Below, piece after piece: positions 24,830-34,026 of a stretch of 34,899 nucleotides of DNA (positions within the stretch are counted from its first letter, which is position 1; each line of letters starts with the position of its first letter). The stretch is from Nitrosopumilaceae archaeon (GTDB lineage: Archaea; Thermoproteota; Nitrososphaeria; Nitrososphaerales; Nitrosopumilaceae), in the NCBI GenBank assembly GCA_052389415.1, contig JBQTHX010000027.1:1-34899 (forward strand), in the 5' to 3' direction. The notes beneath the pieces are model-generated. The model was not told where the DNA came from. It was given only the letters and a program-made list of their open reading frames with translations, and did no database searches. The translations under genes and the position numbers were made by a program.

Positions 24830-26086
24830 TCAAACTGAAATCGCTTCGCCGGCTTTTGGAGCGTATGCATCAAATCCAAATTTTTCATGTATCTCATCTG
24901 CAAACCTTGTACAAGAATCGCTGTCTCCATGAACAGTCAAAATCTTCGGATTTCCTTTTATTTTTTTGATTACTTCAAACAGATCATTTCTATCTCCATG
25001 ACCAGAGAATTCAAATTGTTTAACAGCGGCATCTGTTTTCACATCTCTTCCGCGAATACTGACCTTGCCAGTTTCCAGCAATTTTCTACCTGGAGTGCTT
25101 TCTCCTTGATAGGATACCAATGCAATACCGTTTCTTTTATCAAGTGCAAGCTGTTGTAAATAGTATACAGCTGAACCACCTACAAGCATTCCAGCTGGAG
25201 AAATAACGACGCATGGTTCATTCAATGCTTCTTTTCGTTCTCTTTCTCCATTAATCCACTTTGCCTGATGAATTGAATCCGCAAAGACTTTTGGATCACG
25301 CAAGTACTCTGGATAGCGAAGCATTATCTCATTTACTTTGACGGCCATTCCATCCATGATAACTTTGTGCTTGAATTTTGCGTTTTTTAAAACGCACGCA
25401 ATTTCCTGAGATCTCTCTACTGAAAAGGCTGGTACAAACAGAGTTCCCTTTCTATCCAATACTTCATATACAAATTCCATGAATTCTTTTTCAGTTTCGC
25501 TTCTAAGCGCTTGCTCAGTCTGTGAATAAGTGCTTTCCATTATTAGCAAGTCAATTTCATCAAAATCAAAATCTGCTTCACGTAACATCCGTGAACCTCT
25601 AGGATTGATATCTCCTGTATAATAGAGGCGTTTATTTTCAGACTCTACGATAACTGCTCCTCCTCCTACTACATGTCCTGATTCGCGTAGCTCAAAGGAA
25701 GCGTTACCTTTTTGGATCTTCTCCTTGAACTTTATCTCCTTGGAATGTTTCCTCATATTGATGACTTCTGGCATTTCAAACGGGAAAAAATTCTTTTGTA
25801 GTCTTAGCATGTCTTCGATCAACAGTCTTGATAGGTCCAGTGTTGGAGGGGTGGCAAATACCTCACTTTTTCCGTTTACAAAAAGCGACGGTACATAACC
25901 AGAATGGTCAAGATGGGCATGAGTAATAACAACAGCGTCAATATCTCTAGGTTTTACATGCATTGGGTACTGCGGTTCTTTTCCCAAGAGTATCCCATAA
26001 TCTAAAAGAAAGTTTGCTCCATCGCAATTAACTTGAAATGCTGATCGGCCTACCTCTCGTGCCGCGCCAAGAACTTTAACCTGCAA
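24830..26086 (-). CDS. Beta-CASP metallo-beta-lactamase ribonuclease (aCPSF2-like, no KH domains)
   Basis: LGAAREVGRS, THAHLDH, SGHVVG, YTGD, MESTY, GML.GG, FSGHGD and VHGD motifs. Confidence 0.9.
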   Translation of the reverse strand: MQVKVLGAAREVGRSAFQVNCDGANFLLDYGILLGKEPQYPMHVKPRDIDAVVITHAHLDHSGYVPSLFVNGKSEVFATPPTLDLSRLLIEDMLRLQKNFFPFEMPEVINMRKHSKEIKFKEKIQKGNASFELRESGHVVGGGAVIVESENKRLYYTGDINPRGSRMLREADFDFDEIDLLIMESTYSQTEQALRSETEKEFMEFVYEVLDRKGTLFVPAFSVERSQEIACVLKNAKFKHKVIMDGMAVKVNEIMLRYPEYLRDPKVFADSIHQAKWINGERERKEALNEPCVVISPAGMLVGGSAVYYLQQLALDKRNGIALVSYQGESTPGRKLLETGKVSIRGRDVKTDAAVKQFEFSGHGDRNDLFEVIKKIKGNPKILTVHGDSDSCTRFADEIHEKFGFDAYAPKAGEAISV

Positions 26087-26196
26087 GAATTCAAAATCTC
26101 TTCGAAGGACCTTTAAACGTTTAGTGTTTTTCCGCCATCGTATTATTGAGATAATTTACAAAAGACTTAATTAGATCAAATAAAGATGATCTGTCC

Positions 26197-26418
26197 ATGG
26201 GTAGAACCTTCGATCAATGGTGGGGTACAATCCCAAAAGACCTTCGAGACAAAGTTCGAAGGGGCGATGAGGGAAACAAGCCACTGCTAAATCAGATAAA
26301 CTGGGTTTGGGTACATAATATGATGAATCAAAAGGGCGATCTAAATCCATCATCTGCTGAATTACTTGACTGGATAACGAGCGGTCAAATCGACGCCATA
26401 CGCCAGACAAAGAAGTAA
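26197..26418 (+). CDS. Small Trp-rich hypothetical protein (73 aa)
   Basis: ATG-started, protein-like composition, followed by a T-rich terminator; divergent from the beta-CASP gene. Confidence 0.75.
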   Translation: MGRTFDQWWGTIPKDLRDKVRRGDEGNKPLLNQINWVWVHNMMNQKGDLNPSSAELLDWITSGQIDAIRQTKK

Positions 26419-26440
26419 TTAAACATAATACTATTCTCTG

Positions 26441-26456
26441 TTTTTTATTTTATTTT
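26441..26456 (+). terminator. Oligo-T archaeal terminator
   Basis: TTTTTTATTTTATTTT about 22 nt after the stop of the 73-aa gene. Confidence 0.5.
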
Positions 26457-26543
26457 CCTTATTGAAAAAATTCTATAACTCTGTTATGGATTTTACAGAT
26501 GGTTTAAATAGCAAACGATGACATCTTCAAAAAGAGAAGAAAT

Positions 26544-26852
26544 ATGCCAATAGCAATACTTCCAGACATTGATGAACAAAGATGTATAGGTTGCGCACTA
26601 TGTGTCGAGATCTGTACTTCTCTTGGTCCAGATGTACTCCGTGTAAAACCTGTTGAAGGTTGGAAGAGAGGAAAAGCATTTGTCTTTTATCCAGAAAGAT
26701 GCATCTCCGATGGAGCATGCATTGGAGTTTGTCCAACAAAGTCCATCTTTTGGATGAGACCAATGACTTACACAGCTGGTCAACCAGTTCCACTTCACAA
26801 GAACGGAGTCTTTGTAAAAGGCTGGGCAGAAGACGCCGCACTAAGTAAGTAA
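26544..26852 (+). CDS. 2x[4Fe-4S] ferredoxin
   Basis: CIGCALCVEIC and CISDGACIGVCP (second motif has a Cys-to-Asp ligand substitution). TTTAAATA TATA box upstream. Confidence 0.92.
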   Translation: MPIAILPDIDEQRCIGCALCVEICTSLGPDVLRVKPVEGWKRGKAFVFYPERCISDGACIGVCPTKSIFWMRPMTYTAGQPVPLHKNGVFVKGWAEDAALSK

Positions 26853-26882
26853 GCGGAATCTGTTCGCACCCTTTTTCTTATT

Positions 26883-28400
26883 TTATTTTCTGGTAATGGA
26901 AATTATCTTGATTTTTTTAGGCAATGATTTAGTATGATGCTTTAGAAATTCATCTTTTGCTGCATAGATGGTTTTAAATTTGTTATTGGCAAAAAAAACC
27001 TTCCATGTTTTGGCAAACTCAGAAAACTCGGCTGGATCAAATCTGATTCTTGGCATAACATAATGGGATGCAGGATACATGTCAGAAATTTCAAGGGGGA
27101 TTATACCAAGAAATGGATTAAACTGACAAAACTGGATACGATCTAAAGTTTTTTGAAATCGCTTTTTTAATTCATTGTACTCCTTTGATAGATAAAATGG
27201 CCTTACTGTTCCATCTGGAATGATAACAAGAATATCTTTTTTGGATCTAAACTTGCGAACAAGCCCATGAAATAGGATCACTTCGGGTCTGAATTGATCC
27301 TCCTTTGAGAAAAGAAATACTGCCTTTTCCTTGAATCTGGGGGTTCTAGCTGCAAAATATCTTTGATTTTCTGTAAATATGCTGGTGGTTTCAAATAACT
27401 TGGGGTGTGAACGCGCCTTTTTGAAAGCATATTCCCACAATCTGCCTTCATGAATCGCTTCTTTTACTCTATTTACCTCTGCTTTTATGGCAAACAAGTT
27501 GTGTAGGGCTACTTTGTTTATCCGTTCATCAATCTCTACAGCAAGCAATTCTTTGGGAGTGTACTTGGAGCAAACCTCACAACTACAAGAGAAATACGAC
27601 ATCTCTTCGAGTCTAGTTGTAAGATCATCCATTATGTATCTGCCTTTTCTTGCATATAGCATGTATGATGCGGAATCAAACGTGTCACAACCCAGTGCAA
27701 CTGCAAGTGGTATAGTCATAGGATGGCCTGCTCCAAAAAGATGCAATGGAATAGAATCTGGCATCTGTTTTTTTGCAACAAGAATCATCTCTGCCAGCAA
27801 CTTGTACTCATAAGATTCCATAAATTCAACAGGACTACCTAGTGCAAGCATCTCAAATCCATCTTCTACAAGAGTCTTTGTTGATCTTTTTACAAGATCG
27901 AAATGCTCCCCTCCCTGTATTGGACCAACCCAGATCTGTCCATTTTTTTCACTCTGATCCAAAGTTTCTTTGGAAATTTTCAAGGTGTGATCAACATATG
28001 ACTTGGCTTTCTTTTTAGATAGCCCAAAACCTGTAGGTCTGTCAAGTGGAATAGCAATATCAGTTTGAATATTTCTTTCAAAAGTTGCCATCTCAGCTGG
28101 TTCCACATCTACCCTACCATACTCCAAGACTTGGTAGCCGCCAGAATCTGTCATCACAGCACCATCGTAGTTTATGATGTCATGAATCCCACGCCTTACC
28201 GCGTCTTCTCTGAAATTGTTTAAGGTTATGTACGCATTTGTTATTACAAGATCAAAACCCATCTCACGCATTTTTTTTGGAGCAATAGATTGTCTAACTG
28301 GGTGGACTACAGGCACGTAGGCAGGCGTCTCTACCTTACCATGATTTGTGTAAAGTATTCCAATCCTGCCTGCAAGATCACTTTTTTTTATCTCAAACAT
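26883..28400 (-). CDS. tgtA: tRNA-guanine(15) transglycosylase (archaeosine synthesis)
   Basis: GRIG.L.T.HGKVETP, MTDSGGYQ, PIQGG, HLFGAGHP, GCDTFDSASY and Zn site CSCEVC...HNL. No C-terminal PUA domain evident. Confidence 0.95.
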   Translation of the reverse strand: MFEIKKSDLAGRIGILYTNHGKVETPAYVPVVHPVRQSIAPKKMREMGFDLVITNAYITLNNFREDAVRRGIHDIINYDGAVMTDSGGYQVLEYGRVDVEPAEMATFERNIQTDIAIPLDRPTGFGLSKKKAKSYVDHTLKISKETLDQSEKNGQIWVGPIQGGEHFDLVKRSTKTLVEDGFEMLALGSPVEFMESYEYKLLAEMILVAKKQMPDSIPLHLFGAGHPMTIPLAVALGCDTFDSASYMLYARKGRYIMDDLTTRLEEMSYFSCSCEVCSKYTPKELLAVEIDERINKVALHNLFAIKAEVNRVKEAIHEGRLWEYAFKKARSHPKLFETTSIFTENQRYFAARTPRFKEKAVFLFSKEDQFRPEVILFHGLVRKFRSKKDILVIIPDGTVRPFYLSKEYNELKKRFQKTLDRIQFCQFNPFLGIIPLEISDMYPASHYVMPRIRFDPAEFSEFAKTWKVFFANNKFKTIYAAKDEFLKHHTKSLPKKIKIISITRK

Positions 28401-28434
28401 TTCATCATATCATCAAGTATGGCGTTATTTGAAT

Positions 28435-28986
28435 TTAGTAGGGGAAGAATCGTTTCAGATCGTTTTTTTCATAAATCAAGCCAAGCCAATCAACTTTATC
28501 TCCACTAAAAGTATTTTTCACAAAAAGGGTCGTAATTTTTTTTACAATTGTACTAACAGATTTTCCCGTTGTATCAAGCTGTAAAGTTCTATCAGAACCA
28601 AATTCAGTTACTGAATCATGATAAATTACTCCTAGAATCTCGCTACCAAGATTCTCAACTGATTTTTGGTGTGAGTATTTTCTTTTTTTATAAACAGAAG
28701 CAAGCTTGTATGGGTTCCTTCTTAGTACTATTGCTAATTTTACTTGCTTTCTTGAAACCACATATGGAGCCAAATGTCCAACAACTATAGAGTTTTTTGT
28801 TATAATTTTTTCTAGAGTTTTTTTTAATTTTTTTACATCTACATCCAATGTTTCTTTGTTCTTTTCTATAACCCCCTTCTGTATAGCTACTTTGTTTATG
28901 TCAATTAATTTCGAATCTAATCTTTTTGCAAGTAGTTTTGCCACAGTGTGTTTTCCAACACCTGGATTACCAGTTATTACTAACAA
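28435..28986 (-). CDS. Atypical adenylate kinase/ATPase (AK6/Fap7 family)
   Basis: P-loop ITGNPGVGKHT, hhhGH motif (IVVGH), R.Y...K..EN...E and a C-terminal VDW. Confidence 0.85.
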   Translation of the reverse strand: MLVITGNPGVGKHTVAKLLAKRLDSKLIDINKVAIQKGVIEKNKETLDVDVKKLKKTLEKIITKNSIVVGHLAPYVVSRKQVKLAIVLRRNPYKLASVYKKRKYSHQKSVENLGSEILGVIYHDSVTEFGSDRTLQLDTTGKSVSTIVKKITTLFVKNTFSGDKVDWLGLIYEKNDLKRFFPY

Positions 28987-29060
28987 TAGGTTTATTCAAA
29001 ACAAAACAAATTAAATGATTTCTGCAATGCTAAATAAGAGCATAAGCTCAGATAGGTTTT

Positions 29061-30254
29061 ATGCAAATCGGCCTTCTTGGGAAAACCAACGTTGGAAAAT
29101 CAACTTTCTTCTCGGCTGCAACTGAAACAACAGCTCAGATAGGAAACTATCCCTTTACTACAATAGAACCAAACATTGGAATTGCACACGTAAAAGCTCC
29201 ATGTGCATGCAAACACTTTGGAATAGATCACAAGCATCCCCTGTGTTTTAATGGAACCCGATTGATACCGGTGAGATTGATTGATGTGGCAGGACTTGTT
29301 CCAGGCGCTCATGAAGGCAAAGGCCTTGGCAACAAATTCTTGGATGATGCAAGACAATCTGAGGTACTGATACATGTTGTTGACGTATCAGGTTCTACAG
29401 ACATTCAAGGACATCCAGTTCCAGTGGGGACACATGATCCACTAGAAGATGTCAAGTTTGTTGAAGAAGAATTTGATCTTTGGATGAAGGCAATATTGCA
29501 ACGTGAATGGCAAAAACTGTCAAGAGAATTGGAAAGCAAAGGTGCAAAAATTGTACAGGGAATTGCGCAAAGGTTTAGTGGATTAGGAATTAAAGAATAC
29601 GATGTTGAAATAGTCTTACAACACCTGAATCTCCAAACAAAAAAACCAACAGAGTGGAACGATTCAGATCTATCTATTTTTGTAAAAGAACTGAGAAAAA
29701 AAACAAAACCGCTTATCATTGCAGCCAACAAAGCTGATCTTTGTCATGATTTGAGTAATATTGAGAAATTAAAAAAGGAGAGATTTGCAATACCGTGCAG
29801 TGCAGAGACAGAACTTTTACTGCGGAAAGCATCAAAGAATGGATTGATTGATTATTTTCCAGGCGAAAAATCTTTCAAAATTAAAGAAGGAGTTAATCTT
29901 AACCCTCCGCAGCAAAAAGCACTAGATTTAGTAAATTTGGTTTTCTCAAAAATTGGGACAACAGGTGTACAACAAACGTTAGATATGGCAGTTTTTGAGC
30001 TTCTCAAGTTAATTGTAGTATATCCTGTTGAAGACGAGACAAAACTATCAAACAAGGATGGCCAAGTTTTACCGGATGCGAGGCTTTTGCCTTCCAATTC
30101 TACGGCAAAGGATCTGGCTTCAACCATACACGCAGATATAGCAAAGGGGTTTTTGCATGCAGTAGATGTAAAGACAAAGCAACGAATAGGCGCGCAGCAT
30201 CAACTAAAAAATGGAGACGTAATAAAAATAGTCTCGACACTAAGTAGGGGATAA
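29061..30254 (+). CDS. ychF: YchF/OLA1-related Obg-family NTPase with TGS domain
   Basis: GKTNVGKST, YPFTTIEPN, DVAGLV.GAHEG.GLGN.FL, NKAD and a C-terminal TGS domain. Confidence 0.93.
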   Translation: MQIGLLGKTNVGKSTFFSAATETTAQIGNYPFTTIEPNIGIAHVKAPCACKHFGIDHKHPLCFNGTRLIPVRLIDVAGLVPGAHEGKGLGNKFLDDARQSEVLIHVVDVSGSTDIQGHPVPVGTHDPLEDVKFVEEEFDLWMKAILQREWQKLSRELESKGAKIVQGIAQRFSGLGIKEYDVEIVLQHLNLQTKKPTEWNDSDLSIFVKELRKKTKPLIIAANKADLCHDLSNIEKLKKERFAIPCSAETELLLRKASKNGLIDYFPGEKSFKIKEGVNLNPPQQKALDLVNLVFSKIGTTGVQQTLDMAVFELLKLIVVYPVEDETKLSNKDGQVLPDARLLPSNSTAKDLASTIHADIAKGFLHAVDVKTKQRIGAQHQLKNGDVIKIVSTLSRG

Positions 30255-30255
30255 A

Positions 30256-31239
30256 ATGTTAGCATTAGGAATAGAAAGCACAGCTCATACATTTTCTTGT
30301 GCCATCTTGGAAAAAACTGGAAAGAGTGGAAAAATTCTTTCCGATGTAAGAAAGATCTATCGACCACCTGAAGGAGAGGGAATTCATCCAAGAGAAGCAT
30401 CAAGACATCATGCGGAAATTTCTCCAACAGTTCTTTCAGAATGTTTGGAAAAAGCAGACATCCAGATAACTGATCTTGATATTATTTCATATGCGGCAGG
30501 TCCTGGCCTTGGACCTTGCTTGAGAATTGGAGCCGTAGTTGCAAGGTCTCTTGCATCATACTACAAAATTCCAATCTATCCTGTAAATCATGCAATAGGA
30601 CATATTGAACTAGGAAAGATGTTGACTGGAGCAAAAGATCCTTTGGTTCTTCTAGTTTCCGGTGGGCATACAATGATCTTGGCATTCTTGTCAAAAAAAT
30701 GGAGAGTCTTTGGAGAAACTTTGGATATCACACTAGGCCAACTGCTAGATCAGATTGGAAGACATGCTGGCTTTGCATCTCCATGTGGAGGAAAAATTGA
30801 GGAACTTGCATCAAAATCAAGTAACTATGTCTCACTTCCTTATGTTGTAAAAGGAAATGATGTGTCTTTTTCTGGATTGCTTTCAGCTACAAAACAAGTC
30901 ATTCCAAAGAATCTCCAAGATGCATGTTTTTCATTGCAAGAGACTGCATTTGCAATGATTGGAGAAGCCACAGAACGCGCTCTGTCTTTTACTAGAAAAA
31001 AAGAACTATTGATAGTGGGTGGAGTTGCTGCAAACAAGAGATTGTCTGAAATTCTTCAAAGCATTTGTAAAAGACAGGATTGCAAGTTTTTTGTCTCTCC
31101 TAAAGAGTACGCCGGTGATTGTGGTTCACAAATTGCTTGGACGGGTTTGTTAGAGTCTTCTCACAAATCAGGAGTCAGGATAGAAGACACATTCGTAAGA
31201 CAATCATGGCGTCTTGATACAGTAGTAGTTCCTTATTGA
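30256..31239 (+). CDS. kae1: KEOPS complex t6A threonylcarbamoyltransferase Kae1
   Basis: LGIESTAHT, GIHPREA, GPGLGPCL, VNHAIGH, LVSGGHT, GETLD and VGGVAAN motifs. Confidence 0.96.
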   Translation: MLALGIESTAHTFSCAILEKTGKSGKILSDVRKIYRPPEGEGIHPREASRHHAEISPTVLSECLEKADIQITDLDIISYAAGPGLGPCLRIGAVVARSLASYYKIPIYPVNHAIGHIELGKMLTGAKDPLVLLVSGGHTMILAFLSKKWRVFGETLDITLGQLLDQIGRHAGFASPCGGKIEELASKSSNYVSLPYVVKGNDVSFSGLLSATKQVIPKNLQDACFSLQETAFAMIGEATERALSFTRKKELLIVGGVAANKRLSEILQSICKRQDCKFFVSPKEYAGDCGSQIAWTGLLESSHKSGVRIEDTFVRQSWRLDTVVVPY

Positions 31240-31553
31240 TTCCTTGATGTTGCTTCTTGCAACACTTTTAGCCATTTGTTAGTGTTGTATACTCCAAACT
31301 TGTAGGTTTTTTCTCCCTCTGCTGTTTTAGCTTTAATCCATACTTTTTTTACTAGCCAACCTTCCTTTCCTACTTGGACAATTTGGTTTAAAGGAATATC
31401 AATTACTGTGTCTCCAAACTTTTTTGAAAAATCTGCAATCCTTCCTTTTGTTTTATCAAAAGCAACTCTTGTGTTTGTTAGTGTAAGAATACCGCTGCCA
31501 ATAGAATCTTCAGAACAATCTTCTTGAATTATACTTTTTTCAGAATCATCCAT
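31233..31553 (-). CDS. Small PH/GRAM-like domain protein
   Basis: G.LTLTNTRVAF, IDIPLNQIVQV and a C-terminal helix with Trp (NKWLKVLQE), the PH-superfold pattern. Confidence 0.7.
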   Translation of the reverse strand: MDDSEKSIIQEDCSEDSIGSGILTLTNTRVAFDKTKGRIADFSKKFGDTVIDIPLNQIVQVGKEGWLVKKVWIKAKTAEGEKTYKFGVYNTNKWLKVLQEATSRNQ

Positions 31554-31590
31554 GATAGATTTTAATCTCTAGCTACGCGTTATAACTCTA

Positions 31591-32211
31591 ATGAAACTAA
31601 TAAAAAAAGGAGCAGAAGCTGATATTTATCTTACTTTATGGAATGAAAAAAAATCAATACTAAAAATTAGAGAAAAAAAAGATTATCGAAATCCAATTCT
31701 TGACAGAAGGATAAGAGAGCAGAGAACCATACGTGAAGCAAGTATAATGTCAGATGTAAAGTCATTTGAAATAAGTTCGCCGCTTGTGTACTATGTTGAT
31801 ACGAAAATGTGTAAGATATTCATGCAGTACATAAAAGGAAAGTTGGTGCGTGATCTCTCAAACCAAAAAATGATTAAGATTTGTAATGAGATAGGAAAAA
31901 TTGTAGGCAAGATGCACAAAAATGGAATAATGCACGGAGACCTTACTACATCTAACTTTCTTTCTCTTAATAACAAAGTAGTTGTAATTGATTTTGGGCT
32001 CGCTCAAAGAACAGACAAGACTGAAGATCATGCAATAGATCTTAGATTATTCAAAGAGATACTAAATAGCGCCCATGCACATATAATGGAAAAGGCTTGG
32101 GTTGAATTTTTGAGAGGATATAAAAAAATAGTAGGCACTTCAAGACATAATCGTGTTTTATCTCAAGTTTCAGTCATAGAAAGCAGGGGAAGATACGCAA
32201 ACGTTGTCTAG
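31591..32211 (+). CDS. bud32: KEOPS complex kinase/ATPase Bud32
   Basis: KKGAEA, K.YR.P.LD, RT..EA, HGDLTTSN, IDFGL, ED.AIDL and RGRY motifs. Confidence 0.95.
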   Translation: MKLIKKGAEADIYLTLWNEKKSILKIREKKDYRNPILDRRIREQRTIREASIMSDVKSFEISSPLVYYVDTKMCKIFMQYIKGKLVRDLSNQKMIKICNEIGKIVGKMHKNGIMHGDLTTSNFLSLNNKVVVIDFGLAQRTDKTEDHAIDLRLFKEILNSAHAHIMEKAWVEFLRGYKKIVGTSRHNRVLSQVSVIESRGRYANVV

Positions 32212-32767
32212 CATTTTTTTTGCATCATCAAACAAGAACAAATTTGAGGAAGCAAGAGAGATATTGGCAAAATTTGGAATCTCACTAAAGTTTTTCAAAT
32301 GTAGCTTGCAGGAGATTCAAGCAGAGTCACTTGAAGAGGTGGCATTCCATAAAGCAATGAATGCATTTTCATTATGTTCCAAACCTGTAATAATAGAAGA
32401 CGACGGTCTTTTCATAAATTCTTTAAAGGGTTTTCCTGGACCATATTCGTCATTTGTTTTTAAAACAATTGGAAATAAAGGAATTCTAAAGCTACTAAAA
32501 TCGAAACGCAGTGCTGCATTCCATTCTGTAATTGCATATTGTGATAAAAAAGATGACATACAACTCTTTGAAGCTGTAGTGAAAGGAAAAATTTCGAAAA
32601 AACCAAGGGGAAAAAAATGGGGTTACGATCCTATCTTTGTTCCAGAAGGGCAAACAAAGACATTTGCTCAGATTACAGAGAAAAATCTGGTTTCACATAG
32701 ATACCTTGCAATAAAAAAATTCGCTAACTGGTATTTACATAGGCAGAAATCAAGTCAGCCAGTTTAA
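32204..32767 (+). CDS. rdgB: Non-canonical purine NTP pyrophosphatase (HAM1/RdgB)
   Basis: ASSNKNKFEE, EDDGL, GFPGPYS, WGYDPIF and KN.VSHR motifs. Confidence 0.95.
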   Translation: MSSIFFASSNKNKFEEAREILAKFGISLKFFKCSLQEIQAESLEEVAFHKAMNAFSLCSKPVIIEDDGLFINSLKGFPGPYSSFVFKTIGNKGILKLLKSKRSAAFHSVIAYCDKKDDIQLFEAVVKGKISKKPRGKKWGYDPIFVPEGQTKTFAQITEKNLVSHRYLAIKKFANWYLHRQKSSQPV

Positions 32768-32823
32768 GAACTCTATATTTAAGCAATAAGAGATTAAAAT
32801 TATCCCTCAAAAACGTTCATTAA

Positions 32824-34020
32824 TTGAGACCTATAGGGGTTAGATTGAACTTGTCACAAAAGAGCATAGAGTTTCCGCTAATAGGATCTCTATCTGTAAT
32901 CATGCCTACCTATAACGAATCTCAAAATATTCATAATATGCTAAAAGAGGTTAGCCGTAATCTACCAACAAGCATTGAATCTGAAATAGTTGTAGTCGAT
33001 GACAACTCGCCAGATGGCACTGCAAATATTGCTGAGGAATTTGCAAGAAATTCTACAAAAACCGGACTATCTGTCAAAGTCATACACAGATCAGGCAAAC
33101 AAGGACTAAGCTCTGCAATTCTTACTGGAATACAATCAGCAAAGGGAGAAACAATTATCGTTATGGACAGCGACTTTTCACATCCACCAGAAACAATACA
33201 CAAGATGATCGAGGAAATTCAGAATCATAAATGTGACATTGTAGTCGCTTCAAGATATGTCAAAGGAGGTTCTGTAAAAGGATGGCCACTAAAGCGAAGA
33301 TTGATCAGCAAGAGCGCCACCAAAATTGCTCAACACGGTCTTGGAATAAAAATAAAGGATCCAATGTCAGGCTTTTTTGCATTCAAACGCTATATCATAA
33401 AAAACATCAAGTTTGATGCCATAGGATACAAGATGCTTCTAGAATTACTTGTAAAGACTAAAGGGACAATTGTAAAAGAGATTCCATATTCCTTTACCAA
33501 CCGTAAACTGGGTTCAAGCAAACTTGATCTTTCTGTGGGTCTAGATTATGTAAGATCTATCTGGAAACTCTACAGATATGGAAAACCGCTACGAGAAAAA
33601 GAGAAGAGAACCTCGGTACGATTCTTTTCTAAAGCAGCACGATTCTATACAGTAGGTGCAAGTGGTCTTCTTCTCAACTTTATGATATCTTTTCTTTTCA
33701 GCGGTGTACTATCTAACTTGTGGTATCTACATGCCACAATGATTGGTATCATCTTCTCAATAACATCCAATTTCTTTTTGAACAAAATTTGGACTTTTGA
33801 GAACCGAACTTTTGGTTTAAGGAAAACTGTAACCCAATATTTCCAATTTTTGGGATTTAGTGGGTTGGGGGCAATAGTACAACTTGGACTAGTCTATTAT
33901 CTTGTAGATGCACGACATTTAGAATATACTGTATCATTATTGATTGCTGTTGCAGTAGCTTCTATTGGTAACTTTCTTTTGAACAAGAAATGGACCTTTA
34001 AAGAGAAAGTCTGGAGTTAA
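32824..34020 (+). CDS. Polyprenol/dolichol-phosphate mannose synthase-like GT2 fused to a GtrA membrane domain
   Basis: MPTYNE, VDDNSPDGT, MDSDFSHPP, SRY..GG, DPMSGFF and R..G.SKL, then a 4-TM GtrA domain (NF.LNK.WTF twice). Start uncertain. Confidence 0.9.
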   Translation: MRPIGVRLNLSQKSIEFPLIGSLSVIMPTYNESQNIHNMLKEVSRNLPTSIESEIVVVDDNSPDGTANIAEEFARNSTKTGLSVKVIHRSGKQGLSSAILTGIQSAKGETIIVMDSDFSHPPETIHKMIEEIQNHKCDIVVASRYVKGGSVKGWPLKRRLISKSATKIAQHGLGIKIKDPMSGFFAFKRYIIKNIKFDAIGYKMLLELLVKTKGTIVKEIPYSFTNRKLGSSKLDLSVGLDYVRSIWKLYRYGKPLREKEKRTSVRFFSKAARFYTVGASGLLLNFMISFLFSGVLSNLWYLHATMIGIIFSITSNFFLNKIWTFENRTFGLRKTVTQYFQFLGFSGLGAIVQLGLVYYLVDARHLEYTVSLLIAVAVASIGNFLLNKKWTFKEKVWS

Positions 34021-34026
34021 AATTTT

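Noticed and set aside
24829-24930. Long overlap of the OGG1 ORF with the beta-CASP gene as a frameshift or fusion
   Set aside because: An ATG at 24828, immediately after the beta-CASP stop, yields a complete OGG1-like protein; this is ordinary operon packing.
97-33203. Numerous short antisense or nested ORFs in the track (e.g. 97-324, 2212-2517, 2439-2783, 20234-20617, 22012-22329, 26527-26841, 29405-29731)
   Set aside because: They lie within or opposite well-supported genes, have no motifs, and show the Ser/Phe/Ile-rich composition of shadow frames.
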